64,000 nucleotides of DNA from an uncultured Gammaproteobacteria bacterium (GCA_964427615.1 CAYRUR010000001.1:50425-114424); one strand, 5' to 3'; counted from the stretch's first letter, positions 20,738 to 30,886 are shown. Notes: a model not told the origin generated them from the letters alone. A program made the numbers and translations.

Positions 20738-22216
20738 TCATCTTAGAGGATTTAGGACAAACTTTTCAATTACCGGGTGATTTTCAGGCGTGTTTTTAAC
20801 AAGCACAACTGCATAGTTATCCCAATACACAGGTACCCATGTTTTGCTTTGTCCAATCCAAGTTAAAAATTGCTGTGCCCAAGGCGTCATATCAGTATGA
20901 CTAAAGTAAATCGCATTAATACCATATTTTTCTGCTTCTTGTTCAAATACTCGCGGGTCTGTCTGCATTTTTTTATAATTGTCAAAAAAAGATGCAGGAT
21001 ACGCCTCAGGTCTACCATCAACAAATACTTTTTCTTCCGGGTACAAATAAAAGGTCAAAAAACTTCCCACATCAAAGTTATTAAAAAGAGGTCCTTTAAC
21101 CTGTTCTTTTGTAAACGCTACACTTTTTTCAAATTCTCTCACATAAGAAAATGCCGGTTGAGGCAAAAATAACAATTTAATTGTGGCAAAAAGAAGAACA
21201 AGAGAACTTATTCCTATAACCACAACCTTTGCTTGAGCAATCGTGGGAGTCGAAAAACGCTCAAAAAAACGTGAGTAAAGAAAACAAATATAGGGAAAAG
21301 AAATAAGTACAAAAAGAGGAAAATTACGAATCATCATAACAGAGGCCACGAGAGCAAAGAGAGTAGCCAACGTATAAAAGACATCTAACTTACGCAAGTT
21401 TACCACCAAGCCAAACAGCGCTAAAACGGCCAGTATCTCAAAAATTAAAATGCGGTAATTAAAGAAAAATGTATTTAAAAAGAAAATATTTTGATTTTCC
21501 ACAATCGAGTACCCATAATTATCAAATATATGCAGGGGGTAAAGTGCTCCCTGCCATCCTTGCGGATTTATAAAAAGAGTCAATAACAAACCTCCTAAAA
21601 GAAAAAACAAGCGTTTATCAACCTTTTTTCTAAACTGTACTAACTGATCAATACAGAGAAAACCGAATAGCCCAATACCTACTAAAAAGTAAATATGCAT
21701 GTTATTCCAGAGCATTTGGATAAAAAGTAGTGGTAAAAGGATCCAAAACTTTTTGTTTGTTTTATACAAATCAATCAAAAAAAGGTAGATAGATAAAAAA
21801 AGAAAACTAAACACCTCTGGTCGAGAATCAAATCGCTCACTAAACAACAAAACGTAGAGTATGGCAAAGCCAAACACCCAAAATGAGTGCGCTTTTTTAA
21901 AAGCAAGCCAAAGCACAAGCAAAAACGAAGCAGTAATTACCATAATTTTGGTAGCTAAAATAAGACCAAAACCTCCTGATACGTAGAGCGCATAAAAAAC
22001 AACCTCTGAAAGCCAGTGATGATTTACAAAAGGAAAATCAGGGTTAGTAAAAGAAAGTAAGTTAGTGCCAGGAATACACTTACATTCCCAGATAATTTCA
22101 CCCATTTTTATATGCCTACCAAGATCTTGCATGAGTGCTTTGTCAGGCTGAGAAAGCACTATGAGCAAAAACCCCACTAATAACGTACTTAAAAAGAGAG
22201 GGAGAAACCGTTTCAT
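20738..22216 (-). CDS. Polytopic membrane protein, possible GT-C-fold glycosyltransferase
   Basis: About 11-13 TM helices; DLGRHIKMGE, NHHWLSEV, RPE and FVDGRPEAY motifs. Confidence 0.55.
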   Translation of the reverse strand: MKRFLPLFLSTLLVGFLLIVLSQPDKALMQDLGRHIKMGEIIWECKCIPGTNLLSFTNPDFPFVNHHWLSEVVFYALYVSGGFGLILATKIMVITASFLLVLWLAFKKAHSFWVFGFAILYVLLFSERFDSRPEVFSFLFLSIYLFLIDLYKTNKKFWILLPLLFIQMLWNNMHIYFLVGIGLFGFLCIDQLVQFRKKVDKRLFFLLGGLLLTLFINPQGWQGALYPLHIFDNYGYSIVENQNIFFLNTFFFNYRILIFEILAVLALFGLVVNLRKLDVFYTLATLFALVASVMMIRNFPLFVLISFPYICFLYSRFFERFSTPTIAQAKVVVIGISSLVLLFATIKLLFLPQPAFSYVREFEKSVAFTKEQVKGPLFNNFDVGSFLTFYLYPEEKVFVDGRPEAYPASFFDNYKKMQTDPRVFEQEAEKYGINAIYFSHTDMTPWAQQFLTWIGQSKTWVPVYWDNYAVVLVKNTPENHPVIEKFVLNPLR

Positions 22217-23736
22217 GATTCAAAAACAATCTTAGGTCTATATTGTAAAGCTTCTAAAATATGGTGAGAAGCAACAGTCTCTGATCCTTCAAGATCAGCA
22301 ATGGTTCTGGCAACCTTCATCACCTTATGGTATGAGCGGGCAGATAAAGAAAATTGCACCAAAGCTTCTTTTAATACATCGAGAGCTTCTTTCGTAAACT
22401 CCCCATGCTCTTTAATATGTCTGCCTCCCATCTCACTATTCACAATAAGAGTGGTTCCTTTAAATCGTTCTTGTTGCCTGTTACGTGCTTTTTGTACTCT
22501 TTCGCGAATCGTTTTGGAGCTTTCTGCTAGAGTGTCATCGGTGATTTTATCAGGCTCAACTGCTGCCACATCAACATGGATATCAATTCTATCCAAAATT
22601 GGCCCTGAAAGCCGTTTTTGATAGCGCAAGATTTGGGAAGTAGAACATACACATTCTTTTGTTTTGTCTCCTAAATACCCACATGGACAGGGATTTAAGG
22701 CTGCAACCAGCATAAATCGCGCTGGAAATACTACTCGCTGTTTTGCACGAGAAACCACTACCTTTCCATCCTCCATAGGTTGTCTGAGGGTTTCAAGTAC
22801 ATACCGTGAGAATTCTGGAAACTCATCCAAGAAAAGAACACCTCTATGAGCAAGAGACACTTCTCCTGGCTTAGGAGTAGCTGATCCACCAATTAAGCCC
22901 GCATGAGAAGTCGTGTGATGTGGACTGCGAAATGGCCTCACATTAACAATTGCGTTTTCTCCAAGTAACCCTGAAATACTGTAAATTTTAGTTACTTCAA
23001 GCGCTTCAGAAAAAGTAAGCGCAGGTAAAATAGAAGGAATTGTTTTTGACAGTAGCGTTTTACCACTTCCAGGAGGACCTTTAAGTAAAATATTGTGCCC
23101 TCCAGCAACAGCTATTTCCACCGCACGTTTTACAAATTCCTGTCCCCGCACATCTTTCATATCATACTCGTAAAGAGGGTCTTGTAAATGTTGCTCGTAT
23201 TGAATAAAAGGAGTTGCTTCCATTTCTTTTTGGCCCGTTAAGTGGAAAAAAAGCTGTTTAAGGGTTGTAACCGGGTAAATACTGACCCCATCAACAATAG
23301 CTGCCTCCTGCGCATTACCTTCGGGTAAAAAGATACTATCAATCTTTTGTTCCTTGGCTAGTAACACTGCAGGTAGCACACCAGGGATAGAACGAAGACT
23401 TCCATCAAGGGATAACTCTCCTAAAAATAAGCTTTTGGAGAGATCTCCCTTTATTTGTCCACTAGCCGCCAATATGGAAATAGCTATGGGTAAATCAAAA
23501 GAGGAACCTTCTTTTGGCAGATCACCAGGGGCTAGATTAACCGTAATTTTGCGTGCTGGCAGATCAGCTCCCGTATTTTTTAAAGCAGAGCGTACCCGTT
23601 CACGCGATTCTTCTACTGCTTTATCTGGTAAGCCGACAATTGAAAAAGAGGGAAGACCTGAGAGAATATCTGTTTCTACTTCTATTAACACACCATCCAA
23701 CCCTACAATAGAAGCAGAGAAGACTTTGGCAAACAT
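22213..23736 (-). CDS. comM: YifB/ComM Mg-chelatase-like AAA ATPase
   Basis: TVNLAPGDLPKEGSSFDLPIA, GPPGSGKT, RPFRSPHH, LFLDEFPEF and NPCPCG motifs. Confidence 0.93.
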   Translation of the reverse strand: MFAKVFSASIVGLDGVLIEVETDILSGLPSFSIVGLPDKAVEESRERVRSALKNTGADLPARKITVNLAPGDLPKEGSSFDLPIAISILAASGQIKGDLSKSLFLGELSLDGSLRSIPGVLPAVLLAKEQKIDSIFLPEGNAQEAAIVDGVSIYPVTTLKQLFFHLTGQKEMEATPFIQYEQHLQDPLYEYDMKDVRGQEFVKRAVEIAVAGGHNILLKGPPGSGKTLLSKTIPSILPALTFSEALEVTKIYSISGLLGENAIVNVRPFRSPHHTTSHAGLIGGSATPKPGEVSLAHRGVLFLDEFPEFSRYVLETLRQPMEDGKVVVSRAKQRVVFPARFMLVAALNPCPCGYLGDKTKECVCSTSQILRYQKRLSGPILDRIDIHVDVAAVEPDKITDDTLAESSKTIRERVQKARNRQQERFKGTTLIVNSEMGGRHIKEHGEFTKEALDVLKEALVQFSLSARSYHKVMKVARTIADLEGSETVASHHILEALQYRPKIVFES

Positions 23737-23803
23737 ATATCTAGTATATGCACAAGTATGACAAAAATACAAAAAAAATTATGCTAAAATACGCTAACTC
23801 TCC

Positions 23804-25594
23804 ATGGACGATATAGAACTGGTAAAACAACGCATAGATATTGTAGACCTCCTTAGTAATTATATCCAACTAAAAAAAGCTGGCCGAAATTTTAAAGCCT
23901 TGTGTCCGTTTCACACAGAGAAATCACCCTCATTTGTTGTTTCCCCAGAGCGCCAAATTTGGCACTGTTTTGGCTGTAGCAAAGGAGGAGACATTTTTAC
24001 ATTTATAGAAGAGTATGAGAAAGCAGATTTTTCAGAAAGCTTAAAAATATTGGCAGAACGAGCAGGCGTAAAACTTTCTGCGCCAGTGTATAAAACCAAA
24101 CAAGAAGAGAAAAAAGCGCTCATTTACAACCTCAACGCACTTACGGCACAGTTTTACCACTATTTACTTACAGAACACACCGTAGGCAAACATGCTCTTG
24201 ATTACCTTACCCAACAACGTAAAATTCCTCTTCCGCTTATCAAAAAACTCCAATTAGGGTTTGCTCCGGAAAATAACACGGCCCTTTACCGTTATCTGCT
24301 TAAAAAGAAGGGATATAAAGAGCAGGACTTGCTTGATGCAGGACTTATCTCCAGAGAAAAAAGTGGAAGACTCTCAGACTTTTTTAGAAATAGGATTATC
24401 TTTCCCATTCAGGATATCAGAGGTAATTATATTGCTTTTTCCGGTAGAGCATTAACTGATGCTGTCATGCCTAAATACATTAATACTAGGGAAACAGATG
24501 CATATAAAAAAAGTGAGAGCTTGTATGGTATTTACTTTGCCAAAGATGCTATTCGTACAGAAAACAAAGTACTTTTGGTAGAAGGAGAGTTTGATGTTAT
24601 TTCTGCTTTTAAAGAAGGTATTCAATATGCAGTAGCTGTCAAAGGTACTGCTCTGACTGAAGAGCAAATAAAATTGCTGAAAAGATATGTAGAAAAAATT
24701 CTTATCTGCTTTGATACTGATCCTGCAGGTACTGCAGCTCAAAAGAGATCTATTAGCTTGATTGAAAAAGAAGGACTGTTAGCAAGTGTGATCCTGCCAC
24801 CTGAAGGTAAAGATCCCGATGAACTCCTGCGTGAAAATCCTGGATTATTTAAACAAGCGCTTAAGAAAAGCATTCATATCTATGACTTCATTATCTCCTC
24901 AGCGCTCACTCAAAATACTCCAAATACGGTTGAAGGCAAACGCGCTATTTTGGAAAACACACTCCCTTTTTTATCTGTTATTCAAAATGAAGTCGTAAAA
25001 GAGCACTATTTAAAAAAGCTTGCTGAAAGCCTACATACCTCTTTGGAATCCATCCGCACTGAAGCCGAAAAAATGAAAAAACCCACCCCCTCCATCAAAA
25101 GAGCAGAAAAGAAAGAAGAAAAAATAAGCAGAGAAGAGATGGTTGAAAAGTATCTCCTTTCACTTTTGCTCCAGTACCAACATCCTAAAGAAATTCTCTC
25201 CTCCCTTGATCCCACTCTTCTGGATTCACTCTTCTCCATTCCAGCAATACATCGTATTGTAAAGCAACTGACTACTTATGCTGCAAACCAAGATACCATT
25301 TCCATAGAAGTATTTGCCAAAACGCTGCCCACAGAACTACTTCCTATGTTTGATACTAGCTTTTTAGCTCCTATTCCTCATTTTGCAAGTACAGAAGAGT
25401 ACAAAAAAGAGATTGAAACAAAAATCCAGGAAACCAAAACAAATACCATTAGAAAAAAATTAAAAGAGTTGAATGAAAAAATAAAAGAAAAAGAACAGGC
25501 AGGAGATGATGAAACACTCCAAAAATTGCAAACCACATATGACACTCTGACCAAATTACTCCAGGAGGACTCTTATCAATCTCTTGTTGAATAA
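23804..25594 (+). CDS. dnaG: DNA primase
   Basis: CPFH.EKSPSF...HCFGC zinc finger; PKYINT; VEGEFDV and FDTDPAG (TOPRIM). Confidence 0.96.
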   Translation: MDDIELVKQRIDIVDLLSNYIQLKKAGRNFKALCPFHTEKSPSFVVSPERQIWHCFGCSKGGDIFTFIEEYEKADFSESLKILAERAGVKLSAPVYKTKQEEKKALIYNLNALTAQFYHYLLTEHTVGKHALDYLTQQRKIPLPLIKKLQLGFAPENNTALYRYLLKKKGYKEQDLLDAGLISREKSGRLSDFFRNRIIFPIQDIRGNYIAFSGRALTDAVMPKYINTRETDAYKKSESLYGIYFAKDAIRTENKVLLVEGEFDVISAFKEGIQYAVAVKGTALTEEQIKLLKRYVEKILICFDTDPAGTAAQKRSISLIEKEGLLASVILPPEGKDPDELLRENPGLFKQALKKSIHIYDFIISSALTQNTPNTVEGKRAILENTLPFLSVIQNEVVKEHYLKKLAESLHTSLESIRTEAEKMKKPTPSIKRAEKKEEKISREEMVEKYLLSLLLQYQHPKEILSSLDPTLLDSLFSIPAIHRIVKQLTTYAANQDTISIEVFAKTLPTELLPMFDTSFLAPIPHFASTEEYKKEIETKIQETKTNTIRKKLKELNEKIKEKEQAGDDETLQKLQTTYDTLTKLLQEDSYQSLVE

Positions 25595-25621
25595 CAAATC
25601 TAAAAAAGATACAATACACCT

Positions 25622-26713
25622 ATGTCTTCCAAACCTGCAGTAAAAAATGAGAAGGTGGAAGAGCTTCTTGCTGTGGCAAAAAAGAGAGGATACATCTCTC
25701 AAGACGAAATTTTAGAAGCTTTTCCAAAACCAGAGAATCATATCGAGGCTTTAGATTACCTCTATGATCAGCTTATCTCAAAAAGTATTGATATTTTTGA
25801 GACAGTTGAAGAAGATGGTGATAACCAAAAGCCAATTGAGGATCTGGAAAGAGAGCTTGAAGCCCTCAATATCATTCAGGGTGGAGCAGTTACTGATCCA
25901 GTACGCATGTATTTAAAAGAGATTGGTAGAATTCCCCTGCTTACTTTTGAACAAGAAGTAGATCTGGCAAAGCGACTTGAGGCAGGAGATGAATCAGCCA
26001 GAAAAAAGTTAGTGGAATCTAACTTAAGACTCGTTGTGTCTATTGCTAAAAAGTATGTCGGAAGAGGTATGAGCCTTTTGGACCTCATTCAAGAAGGAAA
26101 TCAAGGACTTATCCGTGCTGTTGAAAAATACGACTGGAAAAAAGGATTCAAATTCTCAACGTATGCTACTTGGTGGATCAGACAAGCTATTACTCGAGCT
26201 ATCGCAGATCAGGCCAGAACTATCCGCATTCCGGTACACATGGTAGAAAATATTAACCGCTTTATGCGTGCACAGCGCAAGCTCATGCAAGAGTTAGGCA
26301 GACAACCCACACCTGAGGAAATTGCCCAAGTTTTGGAGATAGAACCTGACAAAGCACGGGAAATCATTAAAATTTCTCAACAACCAACAAGCCTTGATAC
26401 TCCAGTAGGGGATGAGGAAGACAGCTATCTAGGAGACTTTATCTATGATATTACCGCTCCAACGCTGTTTGATACCGCCTCACGCGGACTCTTAAAAGAA
26501 CAGCTGAATCAAGTCCTTTCAACGCTTTCTGACAGAGAAAAAAGAGTAGTTGAGGAGCGCTTTGGCTTAAGAGATGGCAAACCTAAAACGCTTGAGGAAG
26601 TAGGAAAGATGTTTGCTGTAACCCGTGAGAGAATCAGACAAATTGAAGCAAAAGCTTTGAGAAAGCTTCGTCATCCTTCACGCGGTAATAAACTGCGTGA
26701 TTACATAGAGTAA
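25622..26713 (+). CDS. rpoD: Primary RNA polymerase sigma factor
   Basis: [38 protein letters not shown] and [14 protein letters not shown] motifs. Confidence 0.96.
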   Translation: MSSKPAVKNEKVEELLAVAKKRGYISQDEILEAFPKPENHIEALDYLYDQLISKSIDIFETVEEDGDNQKPIEDLERELEALNIIQGGAVTDPVRMYLKEIGRIPLLTFEQEVDLAKRLEAGDESARKKLVESNLRLVVSIAKKYVGRGMSLLDLIQEGNQGLIRAVEKYDWKKGFKFSTYATWWIRQAITRAIADQARTIRIPVHMVENINRFMRAQRKLMQELGRQPTPEEIAQVLEIEPDKAREIIKISQQPTSLDTPVGDEEDSYLGDFIYDITAPTLFDTASRGLLKEQLNQVLSTLSDREKRVVEERFGLRDGKPKTLEEVGKMFAVTRERIRQIEAKALRKLRHPSRGNKLRDYIE

Positions 26714-26754
26714 CCTCTTCACTTTTTCATTTTTCACCTTATAATAAAGCTGCT

Positions 26755-27765
26755 ATGTCTGAAAGATTATCTGCCGTGCCAGCTGAGGTTAGAGAAGAAA
26801 GTATAGACCATCAAGTAGAAGAAGATGCTACTCCAATAGACACACTTCTACCTTCGCCAGAAAATTTCACTCCTATAGACCCCTTTGATATTTACCTACA
26901 AGAGATTGGTTCTATCCCTTTGTTAACAGAAGAGGAGGAAATGATACATGCAAGAAGGCTAGAAGAAGCAAAAAAGGTTCTTAATAGTCCTGCTGCTAAA
27001 GACTTAGAAGTAGAGGAAATAAAAAGACTAGAGACACAAAAAAGAGAAGCACAAACACGTCTTATGGAAGCAAATTCAAAACTTGTAGTATGGGTAGCAA
27101 AAAAATTTCAAGGAAGAGGACTAGACATTTTGGATTTAACACAAGCGGGAAATATGGGATTGATGAAAGCTATTAATAAGTTCAAATTAAGCGAAGGTAA
27201 AAGATTAACAACATTTGCAGTCTATTACATCAGAGGAGCTGTTCAGAGAGCAATTGCTGAAAGTTCGCGCAATGTTAGATTACCAGTTCATATGCATGAC
27301 CGTCTTATTCGAGTAGGAAAAATAGAACAACAATTAAGAGACGAGTTTGGGAGAGAAGCAACTCTGGAAGAAATTGCTGAAAGGATGGATTTATCAGTAG
27401 CACAAGTCAAAAAGGTTTTATATCTCAGAAAAAACAACAACACAACTAGTATTCATGAGAAAAATAGAGAAAGAGAAAACGAAGAAATAGGAAACCTTAT
27501 TTTGGATAATGATAAAGGAGTGGATCCTGAAGAACAAGCAATTACTGCTTCACTAAGAGAACATGTACAAAGTTTTCTTTCACAACTGTCGGATAAAGAA
27601 AGAAGAGTAATGGAACTTCGATATGGCATAAGAGACAACATACCAAGAACCCTTGATGAGGTAGGAAAAGAGATTGGAGCTTCAAAAGAATGGGTAAGAC
27701 AGATAGAAAAAAGAGTCTCTCAAAAATTTAGAGAAGAATTATCTCATCTAAAAGACTTTCTCTAA
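26755..27765 (+). CDS. Second, divergent sigma70-family (RpoD/RpoS-like) sigma factor
   Basis: DPFDIYLQEIG, DLTQAGNMGLMKA, RNVRLPVH and RTLDEVG...SKEWVRQIE motifs. Confidence 0.88.
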   Translation: MSERLSAVPAEVREESIDHQVEEDATPIDTLLPSPENFTPIDPFDIYLQEIGSIPLLTEEEEMIHARRLEEAKKVLNSPAAKDLEVEEIKRLETQKREAQTRLMEANSKLVVWVAKKFQGRGLDILDLTQAGNMGLMKAINKFKLSEGKRLTTFAVYYIRGAVQRAIAESSRNVRLPVHMHDRLIRVGKIEQQLRDEFGREATLEEIAERMDLSVAQVKKVLYLRKNNNTTSIHEKNRERENEEIGNLILDNDKGVDPEEQAITASLREHVQSFLSQLSDKERRVMELRYGIRDNIPRTLDEVGKEIGASKEWVRQIEKRVSQKFREELSHLKDFL

Positions 27766-27770
27766 CTCCT

Positions 27771-27798
27771 TTGCATATCAAGCTCAATATTGTATAAT
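27771..27798 (+). promoter_or_regulatory. Sigma70 promoter of tRNA-Asn
   Basis: TTGCAT-16 nt-TATAAT, ending 11 nt before the tRNA. Confidence 0.65.
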
Positions 27799-27843
27799 CG
27801 AAAGCGTATTCCGCGGTAGCTCAACGGTAGAGCAGGAAGCTGT

Positions 27844-28412
27844 AGCACTTTAAAAGAATTCTTTATCTGGCTATACTAAAAGTATGGCAGAAAAGAGAAC
27901 GTATGCTGACCGCCGAGAGTATTTAATTATGGCTGTTGCTCGAAGAAGAAAAAAACTTCGGGAAAAAGCTGTTGAATACAAAGGCGGAAAATGTATGATT
28001 TGTGGATATTCTCGCTGCCAAGCAGCGTTAGATTTTCATCACCTGGATGCCAATGAAAAAGAGTTTGGTATCTCGAAAGATGGAATAACAAGATCTTGGA
28101 AAAAAGTTCAAAAAGAGCTAGATAAATGTGTGCTCATTTGTTCTAACTGCCACAGAGAAGTACATGCAGGCATATTGCAGCCCTCTGCAGTAATGCAGAG
28201 TGGAAACATGGGGTGAATTCAGGGAAGCCCGCATCTTCAAAGAAGGGTAATCCTGAGCCAAGCTCGATAAATTGACAATAAAGTAATCGAGAAGGTGCAG
28301 AGACTAAGAGTGAGGAGTCATACCAATAAGCTCTATAAGCGCCCCATACCCTTAATATATGTATTAAGGGTAATGAGATAGTCCACACTTCTGGAAACAG
28401 AAGATAAAAGTG
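27844..28412 (+). ncRNA. Group I self-splicing intron (569 nt)
   Basis: Internal guide GCAGC at 28177-81 pairs with exon GCUGU. P2 CTCTGCA-GTAA-TGCAGAG, P3 ATGGGGTG/CGCCCCAT, P/Q AATTCAGGGAA/AATCCTGAGC, R/S GCAGAGACTA/GATAGTCC, P8 CCCTTAATA..TATTAAGGG, P9 CTTCTG-GAAA-CAGAAG; ends in G. Confidence 0.9.
27884..28216 (+). CDS. Intron-encoded HNH endonuclease (putative homing endonuclease)
   Basis: CMICGY...LDFHH...CVLICSNCHREVH; lies in the P1 loop of the intron. Confidence 0.85.
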   Translation: MAEKRTYADRREYLIMAVARRRKKLREKAVEYKGGKCMICGYSRCQAALDFHHLDANEKEFGISKDGITRSWKKVQKELDKCVLICSNCHREVHAGILQPSAVMQSGNMG

Positions 28413-28438
28413 TAACTTCAAGGTTCTAGGTTCGAATC

Positions 28439-30127
28439 CTAGCCGCGGAGCACAGAAGGATTTTGAGACCACAAATCTTCTAAGTTAGTTGTATTATCAA
28501 CCTTTTCCGCAGGTTCTAACCGTGCAGAAATTGTAATTACTTTTTCTTTTGTTTCAGAAATATATTCCAGTGGTCTTTGAATCTGAGGAATAAGAATTTT
28601 GTCCCTAATTTTTAGGTTCGCACCAAGACCTGCAAATATTTCCCGTTTTGTTTGTCTGTCACCATTCTTAAACCAGTAACGGGCATAACATGCAAATTCA
28701 AACGTCTTTTCTGACAGCTCAACCCATTTACTAATTCTGTCTCCTGTATCTCCCAACTTTTCCTCAAGTCTTTGCTTTTCCCTCATCAATACCTCCTTTT
28801 GTGATCTAAATTCTTCATCACTGAGAAGGTTACCATTTGAATTGTGAGGAGATATCTTTAATTTAATAAGGTTATCAATACGCTTCGTAACATCACTGTA
28901 TGCCTCCTGTAACGCTCCTAGAGAAGCATTTCTGTCCTCAACCTCTCTATCATATAGCTCATTAATATACTTGATTGCCCAAGCCTTAAATTTCTCGGAT
29001 ATTTGAATGATAGAGAGTATCTCATCAATTTGTTTCTCAAGCTCTTCTTCTCGTATGCTACCTTGAGAACAATTAGAATCAACACGCTTTGTACAATGAT
29101 AATAAATATAATGAAGCAGGGTAGGATTATTCATCTCCTCAATTTTTACTTCACACTTAGGACAGACATCTTTATTTTGTGATGCAAATTTTTGCTTACA
29201 ATGAGGACAGATAATCTGGTACTTTTCTTCTGCGGTAATAGCAGCTCCACACTCACCACACTTCATAAGACCTCTATACAGAAATTCATAAGTTCTTGCT
29301 CTTGGACTTCCTTTTCTGCCAAGTAGCATTTGGACTCTCTGAAATTCTTCACGAGTAATCATTGGCTGATGTTTTCCTTTATGCCAAACTCCACTACCAA
29401 CGGGATATTCAAATTCCCCATAATAAAATGGATCAGTAAAAATTTTATAGATAAAACTTCTCGTCATTGGTTTTCCTCCTATACTTTTATGCTTGGGAGT
29501 TCTGTAGCCCATCTCGTCATTCAACATTCTAAGAATCTGAGGTGGAGTGTAGGTCCCCGTGAGCATCATATCCCATGCCTTCCTAATGAGAGGGAATCTC
29601 ACTGGATCAACTTTAATGGTCTTATTGCCTTTCTCAGCGTATTTATCATTCATATATCCAGGTTTTGCACCTGAAGGAAGCCATCCTTTTTCTGCTTTTT
29701 CCCGTAGTCCCCGCTTTACATTCTTTGAAAGATCATCAATAAACTTTTGAGCCATCCCAAATTCAACATACATCATAAATGAATTTTCACTTGCTTGATT
29801 GTACTCATTGGCAGGAGTACGCACCTCAATTCCTTTTTCTTTTATCATCCATATAACAGAACCTCCATCAACAGGATTCCTAGCCAAACGATCAACTTTC
29901 CAGCACAAAACGCCATCTATTCCCCCCTCGTACAAATAATTCATCATTTCGTTAAAAACGGGCCTTCCAGGGGCTTTTGCTGACCGTGACTCAGTATATA
30001 CCTTCACCACAGCGATATTGAGTCTTTTAGCCAACTCTTGAAGTTCTTTTATCTGAGAATCAATGGAGAGAACTTGTCTATCCTCTGACTCAGAGCTCTT
30101 TCTTGCATAAATGACATACTTTTTCAT
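28439..30127 (-). CDS. Large serine recombinase (resolvase + recombinase + Zn-ribbon + coiled coil), intact
   Basis: YARKSSE (catalytic Ser), DRLARN and CGECG..C motifs; stop TAG lies in the tRNA T-arm. Confidence 0.93.
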   Translation of the reverse strand: MKKYVIYARKSSESEDRQVLSIDSQIKELQELAKRLNIAVVKVYTESRSAKAPGRPVFNEMMNYLYEGGIDGVLCWKVDRLARNPVDGGSVIWMIKEKGIEVRTPANEYNQASENSFMMYVEFGMAQKFIDDLSKNVKRGLREKAEKGWLPSGAKPGYMNDKYAEKGNKTIKVDPVRFPLIRKAWDMMLTGTYTPPQILRMLNDEMGYRTPKHKSIGGKPMTRSFIYKIFTDPFYYGEFEYPVGSGVWHKGKHQPMITREEFQRVQMLLGRKGSPRARTYEFLYRGLMKCGECGAAITAEEKYQIICPHCKQKFASQNKDVCPKCEVKIEEMNNPTLLHYIYYHCTKRVDSNCSQGSIREEELEKQIDEILSIIQISEKFKAWAIKYINELYDREVEDRNASLGALQEAYSDVTKRIDNLIKLKISPHNSNGNLLSDEEFRSQKEVLMREKQRLEEKLGDTGDRISKWVELSEKTFEFACYARYWFKNGDRQTKREIFAGLGANLKIRDKILIPQIQRPLEYISETKEKVITISARLEPAEKVDNTTNLEDLWSQNPSVLRG

Positions 30128-30177
30128 AATCTTATTTTTATTTTGACCCGTCGCTTTTCCTAAGTCAACGGCCCTAC

Positions 30178-30741
30178 TTAACCCTTAATATTTTCATGAA
30201 TCCACCTGATATCACTTTCATCTAAGAGAGAGAAACGCTCTCTATCAAAATCCCAGTCGCTATTTTGATAACGTTCTTCTGATGAACCACCACCAGAAAC
30301 CTTATTCTTATCCTTATAGGAAACTATAGTATTACCACTACTTTTGCCTGAATCCTGTTGCATTGATGCATTATTTTGTTGCACCCTCGCATCATTAAAT
30401 TGCATACCTGAATTAGCTGACTGCACCTCTGCAATATCACTTACTAATACCCTATACCAACCATCCCCAATTTTACTCAAAACTCCCTTCTTTATTAGGC
30501 TATTGCGTGTTCTACAAACCTTTGAAGGTGACCAATGAAGAATGTTAGAAATATCGTAATCTGTAGCCTCAACTGTCATATATGTCTCTGTGTGTTTTTT
30601 ATCCCAATCATACAAAGCAAGACATAGATCAAATAAACGAAATTCTTGGTCTGTAAATTCCATTTCCTTTGCAATGACATGCCTGTTTCTTTTAACTTTT
30701 TGGTACGTTGTGTTTAGCCTTCTCTCAATAGGTCTTTTCAT
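30178..30741 (-). CDS. Winged-helix protein, possible element replication initiator
   Basis: [28 protein letters not shown] followed by a low-complexity linker; next to the integrase. Confidence 0.45.
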   Translation of the reverse strand: MKRPIERRLNTTYQKVKRNRHVIAKEMEFTDQEFRLFDLCLALYDWDKKHTETYMTVEATDYDISNILHWSPSKVCRTRNSLIKKGVLSKIGDGWYRVLVSDIAEVQSANSGMQFNDARVQQNNASMQQDSGKSSGNTIVSYKDKNKVSGGGSSEERYQNSDWDFDRERFSLLDESDIRWIHENIKG

Positions 30742-30886
30742 CTTTTATGCGATACTGTTTATAAATAAAAGCAAAAAAGTTCAAGAATCTTTTCGCAACT
30801 AATTGTGCCTCTTTTTCAGTAATATCTTCTCCATATTCTTCTTTCCATATTTTTTGAAACTCACTAATTGCACTTTTACTCAGCAT
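30725..30886 (-). CDS. 53-aa small helical protein (not in the ORF track)
   Basis: GGAGG-4 nt-ATG; [53 protein letters not shown]; stop overlaps the next gene's start. Confidence 0.7.
   Translation of the reverse strand: MLSKSAISEFQKIWKEEYGEDITEKEAQLVAKRFLNFFAFIYKQYRIKDEKTY

Larger units (their letters stand above)
27810..28450 (+). tRNA. trnN: tRNA-Asn(GUU) interrupted by a group I intron; exons 27810-27843 and 28413-28450
   Basis: Spliced: TCCGCGG-TA-GCTC-AACGGTA-GAGC-A-GGAAG-CTGT|TAA-CTTCA-AGGTT-CTAGG-TTCGAAT-CCTAG-CCGCGGA-G; U1-A72 and G73 fit Asn identity. Confidence 0.9.

Noticed and set aside
27840-28415. Alternative readings of the tRNA as Thr(UGU) (splice after U33, intron ending at G28410) or Tyr(GUA) (unspliced 5' half)
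   Set aside because: U1-A72 and G73 fit Asn, and the internal guide GCAGC pairs with GCUGU, placing the splice site after U35.
28143-28472. 109-aa minus-strand ORF
   Set aside because: It is antisense to the intron core and tRNA exon 2, so it is a shadow ORF.
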